64,000 nucleotides of DNA from an uncultured delta proteobacterium (GTDB taxonomy: Bacteria > Desulfobacterota > Desulfomonilia > UBA1062). The DNA lies in the NCBI GenBank assembly GCA_963785235.1, contig CAWAUM010000005.1:128001-192000 (forward strand), given 5' to 3'. Below, piece after piece: positions 55,405 to 64,000 of the stretch. Position 1 is the first letter of the stretch. Each line of letters opens with the position of its first letter. Below the pieces are notes generated by a model. That model was not told the origin of the DNA. It was given only the letters and a program-made list of their open reading frames with translations, and did no database searches. The translations under genes and the position numbers were made by a program.

Positions 55405-55438
55405 TACGAGAATGCTCGTTTAAAAGGGTGATTGCCGT

Positions 55439-56155
55439 ATGGTAAAAGTGAACGGAAAACAAATCGGCACAAAGCCGGTAAAGTCTCGCAATGCTGCCAA
55501 AAAGCAAATGACTCGGCTGCCTGATGAGGAACGATCCCTTGTTTTACAGGTAGCCTCATTGGCGGCAAAGGCCTTTAGGCTTGCGGCAAAGGCCGGATAC
55601 TCTTCGGTTAAAGTCGGCAAGGCACTGCTCATGTCTTCATCAGGCGACACAAAATTGATGCAGGAAAGCGGCGCCTACCTCAAGGATGTTCGTGAACTGG
55701 CGGGATTAACCCAGGCTGAACTCACTGAAGCGCTCCATTTGTCGGACCAGTCTCTCCTTGCTGCCGTTGAGAAGGGTACGGCCACGCTGTCTTTTGAATT
55801 GATTCTGCGCTTGGCTGCCTTGCTTGCCAGACATGATCCCGTGCCGTTTATCATCAAGTTCACCAGAACCTATGATCCGGAGATCTGGGCTATTCTCGAA
55901 AGATGGGGTATTGGCCACATCCCTGTTCATTTTGAGAGAGAACGGGAGTTCATAAACATCTATCGTGGTCACGATGCTGCCCGGAAACTGAGTGACAAGG
56001 GTTTCGAAAAGGTGCTGCAATTTACCAGGGCAGCCTTTGAGACTGCCCTGCATTTCGTCTCAGAACAACAGAAAAAGGACTCTCATATCAGCCTGAACAG
56101 AAAAGCGAAGAAGCCTTCAGGGACAAAACCTAAAAAGCATCGTAAGGACACATGA
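55439..56155 (+). CDS. XRE-family HTH protein
   Basis: LKDVRELAGLTQAEL...LLAAVEKG; basic N- and C-terminal tails. Confidence 0.8.
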   Translation: MVKVNGKQIGTKPVKSRNAAKKQMTRLPDEERSLVLQVASLAAKAFRLAAKAGYSSVKVGKALLMSSSGDTKLMQESGAYLKDVRELAGLTQAELTEALHLSDQSLLAAVEKGTATLSFELILRLAALLARHDPVPFIIKFTRTYDPEIWAILERWGIGHIPVHFEREREFINIYRGHDAARKLSDKGFEKVLQFTRAAFETALHFVSEQQKKDSHISLNRKAKKPSGTKPKKHRKDT

Positions 56156-57839
56156 ATGCGAATTCGCAAAATCGGTATTATCCCCGGAACATACCATAAC
56201 CTCGATCGCTATCGGCAGATTCTTGTAATCCTGTTCAAGTATGGCTTTGACAGCATGCTCGACAGGATCAATCTGGGTTGTTATTTTGAAACGGGTTTAC
56301 AGACGATCTCCCGAAAACGTGGTGAGCAGATTGAAGGCCTGAGCGATTATGAACGGCTTCGTATGGCCTTTGAAGAACTGGGCCCAACGTTCATTAAAAT
56401 GGGGCAGATCCTTTCCACCAGACCTGACCTTGTACCGCTGGATCTCATCTTGGAACTGAGCAAATTGCAGGACAAGGTGCCGCCGTTTCCCATAGCCCAG
56501 GTAAAAGAGATCTTGGAACAGGAACTTCGGGCCCCCATGGATAAATATTTTGCAAGGTTTGACGAGATTCCCCTTGCAGCGGCCTCAATCGGCCAGGTCC
56601 ACCGTGCTCAGTTGGTTACCGGTGAAGAGGTAATCGTGAAGGTCCAGCGGCCGGGGATCAAGAAGGCTATTGAAGTTGATCTTGAGATTCTCCACCACCT
56701 GGCCATATTGATGGAAAGACACATAGGAGAGGCCAAAGTATTTCAGCCGACAAAAATCGTCGATGAGTTTGCAGTCAGCATAGAAAAGGAAATCAATTAT
56801 GAGGTTGAGGCCCAGCATGCAGAGCGTTTTGCCAGGCAGTTCGCCAACAACAAATTCATTTACGTCCCGAAGATATACAAACTGACAACAACGAAACGCG
56901 TCCTAACCATGGAGTATGTGGACGGCATTAAGGTCTCTGATGTCGGCCTCCTGGAACATTCGGGCCTTGACTGTAAAATAATAGCCTCCCATGGCGCAGA
57001 CCTGACCTTTGAACAGATCTTCAAGCATGGTTTTTTCCATGCAGATCCTCATCCGGGAAACATCTGCATCTTGCCGGGAAACGTTATCTGCTATCTTGAT
57101 TTCGGTATGATGGATTATGTTGATAAACGATCAATAGATACATTTACCGATATCATCTTAGGCTATGTCAAATGGTGATAAGGCAGTCGTCGCTGAGGCT
57201 ACCATGCGGCTCGTGGAGTGGGACGAGAATCCTGACCTCCGAGCCCTGGAAGGTGATATCGAAGGGTTCATCGACCGGTATCTCAACAAACCGCTCAAAG
57301 GAATGCATATAGGTGATATAGTGCGGGAATCCCTCAGGCTTTTTGCGCGGCACGGTCTGAGGCTGCCGCCGGACATCTTTTTCATGATCAAGGCCATATC
57401 AGAAGTACAAAGCATCGGACTCATACTGGATCCTGCTTTCGATATATTCACCAAAGCGGCCCCATTTATTAAAAAAATTCAGACAGAGCGCATGAATCCC
57501 AGTCGTTTCATAGATGATTTCCTTACCTTGAGCAGTCATCTGAGGCAGTTTCCTCTAGATCTTCATGACCTTCTGAAACAGCTTAAACAGGGAAAAGGCA
57601 AGGTGCGAATTGAGCACAGAGGACTCGAACCACTCATTTTCGGTATCTACCGTTCCTCCAACCGCATCGCATTCTCATTCATTATTGCTTCCTTAATAAT
57701 AGGTTCCTCACTAATCATTACAACCCATGCAGGTCCGTCTATTTACGGGCTTCCCTTCCTTGGCCTTCTCGGCTTTTCCATAGCTGCCATTTTATGCTTG
57801 TGGCTTCTTATTCTGATCCGGCGATCCGGCAAACTCTGA
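56156..57839 (+). CDS. ABC1/UbiB/AarF atypical kinase (frameshift near 57172)
   Basis: LGPTFIKMGQ, AAASIGQVH, VKVQRP, FHADPHPGN, LDFGM; two C-terminal TM segments. Confidence 0.93.
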
Positions 57840-57857
57840 GCATTGTCAAGCCGGTCT

Positions 57858-60008
57858 TCAGCCTAACATCCCTGTCTCTGTTGAAGTAGCATTTGCTGCC
57901 GGCAGGTAAAAGCGTTCGACATAATCTTTTACCATTCGATCCGCATTGAAGCGCCAGCCAAGGGTCAGCATTGCATGCTTCATCCGCTTGACCCACTGTG
58001 ATGGGACACCATGGGCGTCTCTCTGATAATACAGGGGGATTACCTCCTGTTCGAGTGTATCATAGAGATATTCAGAATCCCTCTGGTTCTGAACCGCCAG
58101 GTCATTGTCCATGCCGCCATGGCCGATGGCAAATCCGTTTTTACCGTCATATGCCTCGTTCCACCATCCATCCAGCACTGAGAGATTGAGGCCCCCGTTG
58201 AGGATCACCTTCTGGCCGCTGGTGCCGCAAGCCTCCAACGGACGCCTCGGGGTGTTCAACCACACATCCACACCCTGAACAAGATGGCGTGCAACATTAT
58301 AATCATAGTTCTCCACAAATACGATACTGCTCCTGAACTTTTTCGAATAGCTGAACTGGGCGATCCGCTGCAGGAGGTGCTTACCTTCGTTGTCCTGGGG
58401 GTGTGCCTTGCCGGCAAAGATGATCTGTATGGGGCGCCCCCTGTCCTTGATAAGACGGGTCAGACGTTCGAGTTGTGATAAAATCAGGTCTCCCCGTTTG
58501 TATGTGGCAAACCTTCGGGCACACCCGATGGTCAGTACATCAGGGTCAAGGATATGTTCTATCTTTTTTACAATATCTCTGTGTCCCAGGCGCTGGGCCT
58601 GTATCTTCAGGCGACGTCTCACAAAGTGGATGAGACGCATCTTCAGAGTCTGGTGTGTCTCCCATAGCTCTGCGTCGTCAATATCAGCAACCTTTTCCCA
58701 GACATCCGGATGTATCATGCGTGTGGCCCAGTCCTCGCCAAGGCGTGTCTGAAACAGCTGGTACATTTGGGGAGCAAGCCAGGATAACATGTGTACTCCA
58801 TTGGTGATGTGACCTATGGGAACCTCTGATTCGGTTCTATCCGGCCAGAGGCAGTTCCACATGAGACGGCTCACGTCACCGTGGATTGCCGAGACACCGT
58901 TGGCCAGGCGCGAGCTCTTCAGTGCCAGGACTGTCATGCAGAAGGTCTCTGTGTTGTCAGACGGATTGACCCGTCCGAGCGCCATAAAATCTCTATGGGA
59001 CAGCCCTAAATTATCCCTGAAGAGACCAAGATGCTCCTCAATCAGATCCGGGGAGAACCTGTCGTGACCGGCCGCAACAGGGGTGTGCGTGGTAAAGACG
59101 GTATACAGTGAAACACGCCGGTGGGCTCGCTTGAATGGAATGTGGTCGTATTCCATAACCCTTTTTACCTCTTCGAGGATGGCAAATGCGCTGTGTCCTT
59201 CGTTCAGGTGAAGCACTCCCGGCGAAATATTAAGCCCCTGCAGGATTCGAGCCCCGCCGATTCCCAGCAGCAGTTCCTGGCGAATACGCCTTTTCTGGTC
59301 GCCGCCGTAGAGCCTGGAGGTTAGTTCCCGGTCTTCTTGTGAGTTGCTCTCAATGTTGGAATCGAGCAGCATCAAACGGATGCGGCCTACCTGAACCTGC
59401 CAGACCCTTGCCAGGAGAGGGTTGGTCCGGGTATCTATCCGTACGACCAATTGTACACCGCTGGAATCCATAACCGGCCGTAGCGGCAGTTTGTGGACAT
59501 CGAGGTTGATATAATCTTCTTGCTGCCACCCGTCCTTGTTCAGGCGCTGAATGAAATAGCCCTGGTGATAGAGCAGGCCGATCCCGATCAGAGGAACACC
59601 CAGGTCAGAGGCGCTTTTCAGATGGTCTCCCGCCAGTATTCCCAAGCCCCCTGAATAGATGGGAATTGATTCATGAAGGCCGAATTCGGCAGAAAAGTAT
59701 ACAACGGGACGGTTGTTAAGATTCCCGCAATGAATGGCTCCCCAGGTATTTTGCTGTTCCACATACTCGTTAAGTCGTCTGAAGGCATAGTTTATCCTGC
59801 TGTGGAGAACAAGTTCGGATGCGCGTTCCTCAAGCTGTGCAGATGTAATCTGATTAATAAAGGCAACTGGGTTGTGCTCCACCTGGCGCCAGAGAAGGGG
59901 ATCCAGGTCACTGAGTCTGTTGCTGATAAGTTCAGGGTGCCATGTCCACCAGAGATTATCAGCCAGAGCACGAAGACGATTATGAAGATCACTTTTCGTA
60001 TCTTTCAT
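57858..60008 (-). CDS. glgP: Alpha-glucan phosphorylase, copy 2 (uninterrupted frame)
   Basis: Same motifs as copy 1; PLP motif EACGTSGQK. Confidence 0.95.
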   Translation of the reverse strand: MKDTKSDLHNRLRALADNLWWTWHPELISNRLSDLDPLLWRQVEHNPVAFINQITSAQLEERASELVLHSRINYAFRRLNEYVEQQNTWGAIHCGNLNNRPVVYFSAEFGLHESIPIYSGGLGILAGDHLKSASDLGVPLIGIGLLYHQGYFIQRLNKDGWQQEDYINLDVHKLPLRPVMDSSGVQLVVRIDTRTNPLLARVWQVQVGRIRLMLLDSNIESNSQEDRELTSRLYGGDQKRRIRQELLLGIGGARILQGLNISPGVLHLNEGHSAFAILEEVKRVMEYDHIPFKRAHRRVSLYTVFTTHTPVAAGHDRFSPDLIEEHLGLFRDNLGLSHRDFMALGRVNPSDNTETFCMTVLALKSSRLANGVSAIHGDVSRLMWNCLWPDRTESEVPIGHITNGVHMLSWLAPQMYQLFQTRLGEDWATRMIHPDVWEKVADIDDAELWETHQTLKMRLIHFVRRRLKIQAQRLGHRDIVKKIEHILDPDVLTIGCARRFATYKRGDLILSQLERLTRLIKDRGRPIQIIFAGKAHPQDNEGKHLLQRIAQFSYSKKFRSSIVFVENYDYNVARHLVQGVDVWLNTPRRPLEACGTSGQKVILNGGLNLSVLDGWWNEAYDGKNGFAIGHGGMDNDLAVQNQRDSEYLYDTLEQEVIPLYYQRDAHGVPSQWVKRMKHAMLTLGWRFNADRMVKDYVERFYLPAANATSTETGMLG

Positions 60009-60619
60009 ATATCCCCCCCCACGCATTAATTGAGATGTATGAGAAATTTGTAAAAACAAGGTAATGCATAAAAATATATCATACATTCATCATTAATAAC
60101 AAGGGGGAGGGAGCATATAAGACCTATTTCAAACAAACTGATTCAAAAAGTCGTTTAATGAGAAAGGTACAATTCCTGGAAACCACATATCTTGTGCTAA
60201 TGTATTAGGTTCAATATCCACCACGTATGCTGGTGGATGATATTAAAGGGTAAAAGCTCAGAGAGTCAGTGTTTACCTGATCGCATATTGAAAATTGATT
60301 ACATGGAAAAACAATCACGGAAAAACAAGTCGATGCTGATTTCCATTCCTATCAACAGTAACTCAATGAAATCAATAATACCATTTAATATATAGTCGAT
60401 GAAATTTGCGAAACTTTTCATAGTGCGATCTCCATTTATAAACAGTGTGGAAAGTATACTATCCAGTTTAGTATGAGAAAGAAAATATCATGTCAAGTTA
60501 TTAGTTAATTATAACAAGGGCTGAATTCATGGATTTCGACGGATATGAGTTGCTTTCTCTGCCAGGCCGTTTTATATCCGATCATTGGTGCTCAAAACCT
60601 TATAAAAAGGAGAAGTGAG

Positions 60620-60781
60620 ATGACCCTGTGTCCGATTGCCTTAGTTGCCAGCTGCAAGAAATGTCCAATATTCACAGTCTGCCCCCTGAAAAGCGTCATC
60701 GGAGATTACAAGAAGCCGGACCAGAGGCAAACGAAGCAGCGCGAAAAAAAAGCACCGAGCAGCTCGAAACGTAAAAGGTAG
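60620..60781 (+). CDS. Small Cys-rich protein
   Basis: AAGGAG RBS; MTLCPIALVASCKKCPIFTVCPLKSVIGDY followed by a basic tail. Confidence 0.65.
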   Translation: MTLCPIALVASCKKCPIFTVCPLKSVIGDYKKPDQRQTKQREKKAPSSSKRKR

Positions 60782-60884
60782 ATTGAGACGACGAGGACTT
60801 TGGAAATGCCAAGATCACCTTCTCCCTTTTTAATACAGATGTCAGCCACTAACCGCCACTGAGATCCATCGTTATTCTAAGAAG

Positions 60885-61748
60885 GTGCAGACAATGCCCT
60901 CACGTGACTCGGGGAAAATATTGGCCACATCAAAAAGCCTAACCGTTTACGAAAAGAATCAGATAAATACAATAAAGGCCTGGAAAATGAAAACCCCGGA
61001 TGTTATCAGCCAGGCCGTTGGTTTGTTATCATATCCGGCTACAAGGGCGATACAACAAGCAATTCCGGAAACCGCTATTTTATTGATATTCCATGCAGTA
61101 AATTTTTTAGCCAATGAAATAGCCGATATAGGTGACATAGAAAAAGCCGCAGGGGTCAGCCAAATACGTGACCTGAAGAATAAAGATCTCAAACTTTCAG
61201 ATGAACTTTCAAATAGCATTCATAACTGGGCTATCGGGATAGCTGTAGCACAAGGAGGAGCGGCAGGCGCTGCCGGGTTGGTTGGGTTGGCTGCCGACAT
61301 TCCTGCAATTATTATGCTTGCACTCAGAACAATCCATAAAATCGGCCTGTGTTATGGCTACGAATGCCGCTCGGAAATGGACAAGAATTTTGCTTTGGGC
61401 ATTCTTTCTGTTTCAGGGGCCAACTCAATGAGTGAAAAAATCGAGGCATTAGAAACGCTGCGTTTTATCGAACTCACCATCGCAAAGCAGGAGTGGAAAA
61501 CCATAGCTGAAAAAGCAGCCGGTCGACAACTTTCAAAAGAAGGTGGCATCATTGCCTTAAGAAACCTTGTAAAACAACTTGGCATTAATATTACCAAGCG
61601 TAAGGCCATGCAGGCGGTCCCTGTCATTGGGGCTGCTGTCGGTGCCTCCGTGAATGGCTGGTATCTTAAAGATGTGGGTTGGACGGCACGCAGGTCATTT
61701 CAGGAAAGATGGTTGGTTGATAACAAGAAAGTCAAAGGAATTTATTGA
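60885..61748 (+). CDS. EcsC family protein
   Basis: GGAAGAAGLVGLAADIP..LRTIHKIGLCYGY, QAVPVIGAAVGASVN; start uncertain. Confidence 0.85.
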   Translation: MQTMPSRDSGKILATSKSLTVYEKNQINTIKAWKMKTPDVISQAVGLLSYPATRAIQQAIPETAILLIFHAVNFLANEIADIGDIEKAAGVSQIRDLKNKDLKLSDELSNSIHNWAIGIAVAQGGAAGAAGLVGLAADIPAIIMLALRTIHKIGLCYGYECRSEMDKNFALGILSVSGANSMSEKIEALETLRFIELTIAKQEWKTIAEKAAGRQLSKEGGIIALRNLVKQLGINITKRKAMQAVPVIGAAVGASVNGWYLKDVGWTARRSFQERWLVDNKKVKGIY

Positions 61749-61754
61749 AGTATT

Positions 61755-62963
61755 ATGCCTAAGAATCCCCATGTTCGACCGTCCGACATTCGTGGCTTCA
61801 GCCGACTCGCTATGGACGCGATTATCGCTCTGACAGACCTGGTAGAGACCATGCACCACAACATCAGCCGCGTTCCGGGCATTCTTGGCACAACCACTCT
61901 GGATCGCACGACCGGTATGACAGGGTTGGTTTACCAGATCATCAGGGGAGTTACCCGCCTGGTGGGAGGAGGGATCGACTCGGTGCTCGCGCAGCTGGTT
62001 CCACTTATCGGGCATGGGCCATCGTCAGGCGAGCGCGAAGCCGTGCTGGCGGCCCTGAACGGTATCCTGGGCGACCACCTCGCTGCCAATGGGAATCCAC
62101 TGACGATTTCCATGAGGCTGCGATACCACGGGCAGCCGCTTGAACTGACAAGGCAGTCTTTAACTGCAGCGATCCTTAAGCCCTGCGGTAAAATACTCAT
62201 TCTCGTGCATGGGCTGTGCATGAATGATCTGCAATGGCGGCGCAACGGGCATGACCACGGCGCGGCCCTGGCTATCACTGCCGGTTTCACGCCGGTGTAT
62301 CTGCATTACAACAGTGGCCTTCATATCTCCACAAACGGTCGCGATCTTGCCGAAATGATTGAGGACCTGCTTCAGGCCTGGCCGGTACCTGTGGATGAAC
62401 TGGTCATCATGGGACATAGTATGGGCGGGTTGGTTGCCCGCAGCGCCTGCCATTACGGCAAGGCTGAAGGGAACGATTGGCTGCGATACCTGCGTAAACT
62501 TGTCTTCCTCGGTACCCCACACCATGGTGCCACACTGGCACGGGGAGGCGCCTGGGCAGGAGTCATTCTGGAGGTCAGCCCATACACGGCCGCCTTTGCC
62601 CGTCTCGGAAAAATTCGCAGCTCAGGCATTACCGACCTCCACTACGGCAGCCTGCTGGATGAAGACTGGGAGCATCAGGACCGTTTTGCACGTTCAACAG
62701 ATATCAGGCAAGACGTACCTCTGCCGGACGGTGTGCAGTGCTACGCCGTAGGGGGCTCGATCGCAAAGAAAGCGAGCACTCTGAGCGAGCAACTCCTTGG
62801 CGATGGACTGGTGCCTTTGCGCAGCGCGCTAGGACAGCATGCAAATCCCAGGCGGAACCTGCCTATCTTAGAATCGCAGCAGTGGATCGGGTACGGCATG
62901 AATCACATGGACTTGTTGGATAGCCCAGAAGTTTACGAGCAGGTCCGACAGTGGCTGTCATGA
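61755..62963 (+). CDS. PGAP1-like alpha/beta hydrolase (lipase)
   Basis: LVHGLCM, YNSGLHIS.NG, GHSMGGLVARSA, LGTPHHG, GDGLVP, NHMDLL. Confidence 0.88.
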   Translation: MPKNPHVRPSDIRGFSRLAMDAIIALTDLVETMHHNISRVPGILGTTTLDRTTGMTGLVYQIIRGVTRLVGGGIDSVLAQLVPLIGHGPSSGEREAVLAALNGILGDHLAANGNPLTISMRLRYHGQPLELTRQSLTAAILKPCGKILILVHGLCMNDLQWRRNGHDHGAALAITAGFTPVYLHYNSGLHISTNGRDLAEMIEDLLQAWPVPVDELVIMGHSMGGLVARSACHYGKAEGNDWLRYLRKLVFLGTPHHGATLARGGAWAGVILEVSPYTAAFARLGKIRSSGITDLHYGSLLDEDWEHQDRFARSTDIRQDVPLPDGVQCYAVGGSIAKKASTLSEQLLGDGLVPLRSALGQHANPRRNLPILESQQWIGYGMNHMDLLDSPEVYEQVRQWLS

Positions 62964-63139
62964 CCTTCATGTGCCGGTTTCAAACGTCTTAACAGGATTG
63001 CAAGCCGTATCTGCCGGCGGTTAACCTTGCTGTTACGAATCCCTGGAAAGTCGCATTCTTAAAGGCGCAACCATCTGTTGACAGCATGAGTTATCTATGG
63101 TCTAGATATAACTTATCGTTATAATAAGGGGTGAGGAAT

Positions 63140-63370
63140 ATGGAAGACACGGATCTTCAGTTGATTCGTAAACTCATCTCCAAAGACAAGGATCTCAAAG
63201 GTCTTTGGGATGAACATCAGGGGTATGAGGAAAAACTTGCGCTGTTGAACAAGAGAAGATACCTGAGCACCGAAGAAGAAATACGGCGCAAGGAAATCCA
63301 GAAGCTCAAGCTGCAAGGTAAAGACAAGATTGAGGACATCCTGCGCAAATACCGTAACGAATTAGGGTAG
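63140..63370 (+). CDS. DUF465/YdcH-like coiled-coil protein
   Basis: LWDEH..YEEKL...EEIRRKEIQKLKLQGKDKI; upstream of ilvB. Confidence 0.75.
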   Translation: MEDTDLQLIRKLISKDKDLKGLWDEHQGYEEKLALLNKRRYLSTEEEIRRKEIQKLKLQGKDKIEDILRKYRNELG

Positions 63371-63417
63371 AGCGGCTAAGGATACCATTGAATTGACGTT
63401 GAGAGGTTTCAGAACAG

Positions 63418-64000
63418 GTGAGTGTTAAAAAGATTACAGGTGCATACGCATTTATTGAGGCCCTGCGGTGCGAAGGTGTCAAGCACATCTTCGGCTATCC
63501 CGGAGGGGCGGTACTGGATATATTTGATGCCATCATGGATGCGCCGGATATCCAGTTCATTCTGTCCAGGCACGAGCAGGGTGCGGTTCATGCTGCAGAC
63601 GGATATGCCCGGGCCAGCGGCAGGGTGGGGGTGGCACTGGTCACCTCTGGTCCCGGCGCTACGAACACGGTGACGGGCATCGCTACTGCCTGTATGGACT
63701 CGATTCCCATCGTGGTTTTTTCCGGGCAGGTGTCGACAAATCTTATCGGAAACGACGCATTCCAGGAGGCGGATACCGTAGGCATAACACGTCCTTGCAC
63801 CAAGCATAACTATCTTGTCAAGGACTGCGCCGATCTGCCCAGGGTCATCAAAGAGGCCTTCTACATAGCCGCCACCGGAAGGCCCGGCCCGGTTCTGGTT
63901 GACATCCCCAAGGATGTCATGAAAGGTCTCATCGCCTTCAAATATCCTGACAAGGTCCTGCTGGAAGGCTACTGCCCCAACTATCGGGGCCATCCAGGCC
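63418..64000 (+). CDS. ilvB: Acetolactate synthase large subunit (5' part; runs off the window)
   Basis: Translated by hand from GTG 63418: [56 protein letters not shown]. Confidence 0.96.
   Translation, partial: MSVKKITGAYAFIEALRCEGVKHIFGYPGGAVLDIFDAIMDAPDIQFILSRHEQGAVHAADGYARASGRVGVALVTSGPGATNTVTGIATACMDSIPIVVFSGQVSTNLIGNDAFQEADTVGITRPCTKHNYLVKDCADLPRVIKEAFYIAATGRPGPVLVDIPKDVMKGLIAFKYPDKVLLEGYCPNYRGHPG

Noticed and set aside
60183-60196. NrdR-box-like CCACATATCTTGTG
   Set aside because: Partial match, single copy, and no ribonucleotide reductase gene nearby
60828-60877. attC-like ends near 60830-60877 and 62986-63026
   Set aside because: Too short and degenerate, with no proper R''/R' pairing and no integron integrase in the window

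Overview
Mid-GC bacterial window, probably Desulfobacterota/deltaproteobacterial (inferred from gene content only). About 60 genes; I found no rRNA, tRNA, CRISPR array or transposase. Many housekeeping genes carry frameshifts (hbd, thiolase, uvrC, glgP, nadC, nadB, nadD and others), most simply explained by indel sequencing errors. The backbone includes eno, plsB, uvrC, pth, nadCAB, rplU-rpmA-obgE-proBA-nadD-rsfS-rlmH and ilvB. Two accessory clusters stand out. (1) 45.7-57.8 kb: a candidate wax-ester/neutral-lipid inclusion system. It encodes an Fe-ADH fused to SCP2, a ferredoxin, an apparently internally duplicated acyl-ACP-reductase-like protein, a GAF-lipase, WS/DGAT, a phasin, a lipase, an XRE regulator and an ABC1 kinase, with no PHA synthase or aldehyde-deformylating oxygenase. 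(2) 20.9-31.1 kb: an IclR/TRAP-linked copy of lower glycolysis for a 2-hydroxy acid. It encodes a LarA-family racemase, a glycerate-2-kinase-family kinase, a second enolase with two active-site His substitutions, a truncated pyruvate kinase with a catalytic Thr>Gly change, and a D-2-hydroxyacid dehydrogenase. All functional calls come from motif recognition by eye; no database searches were run.
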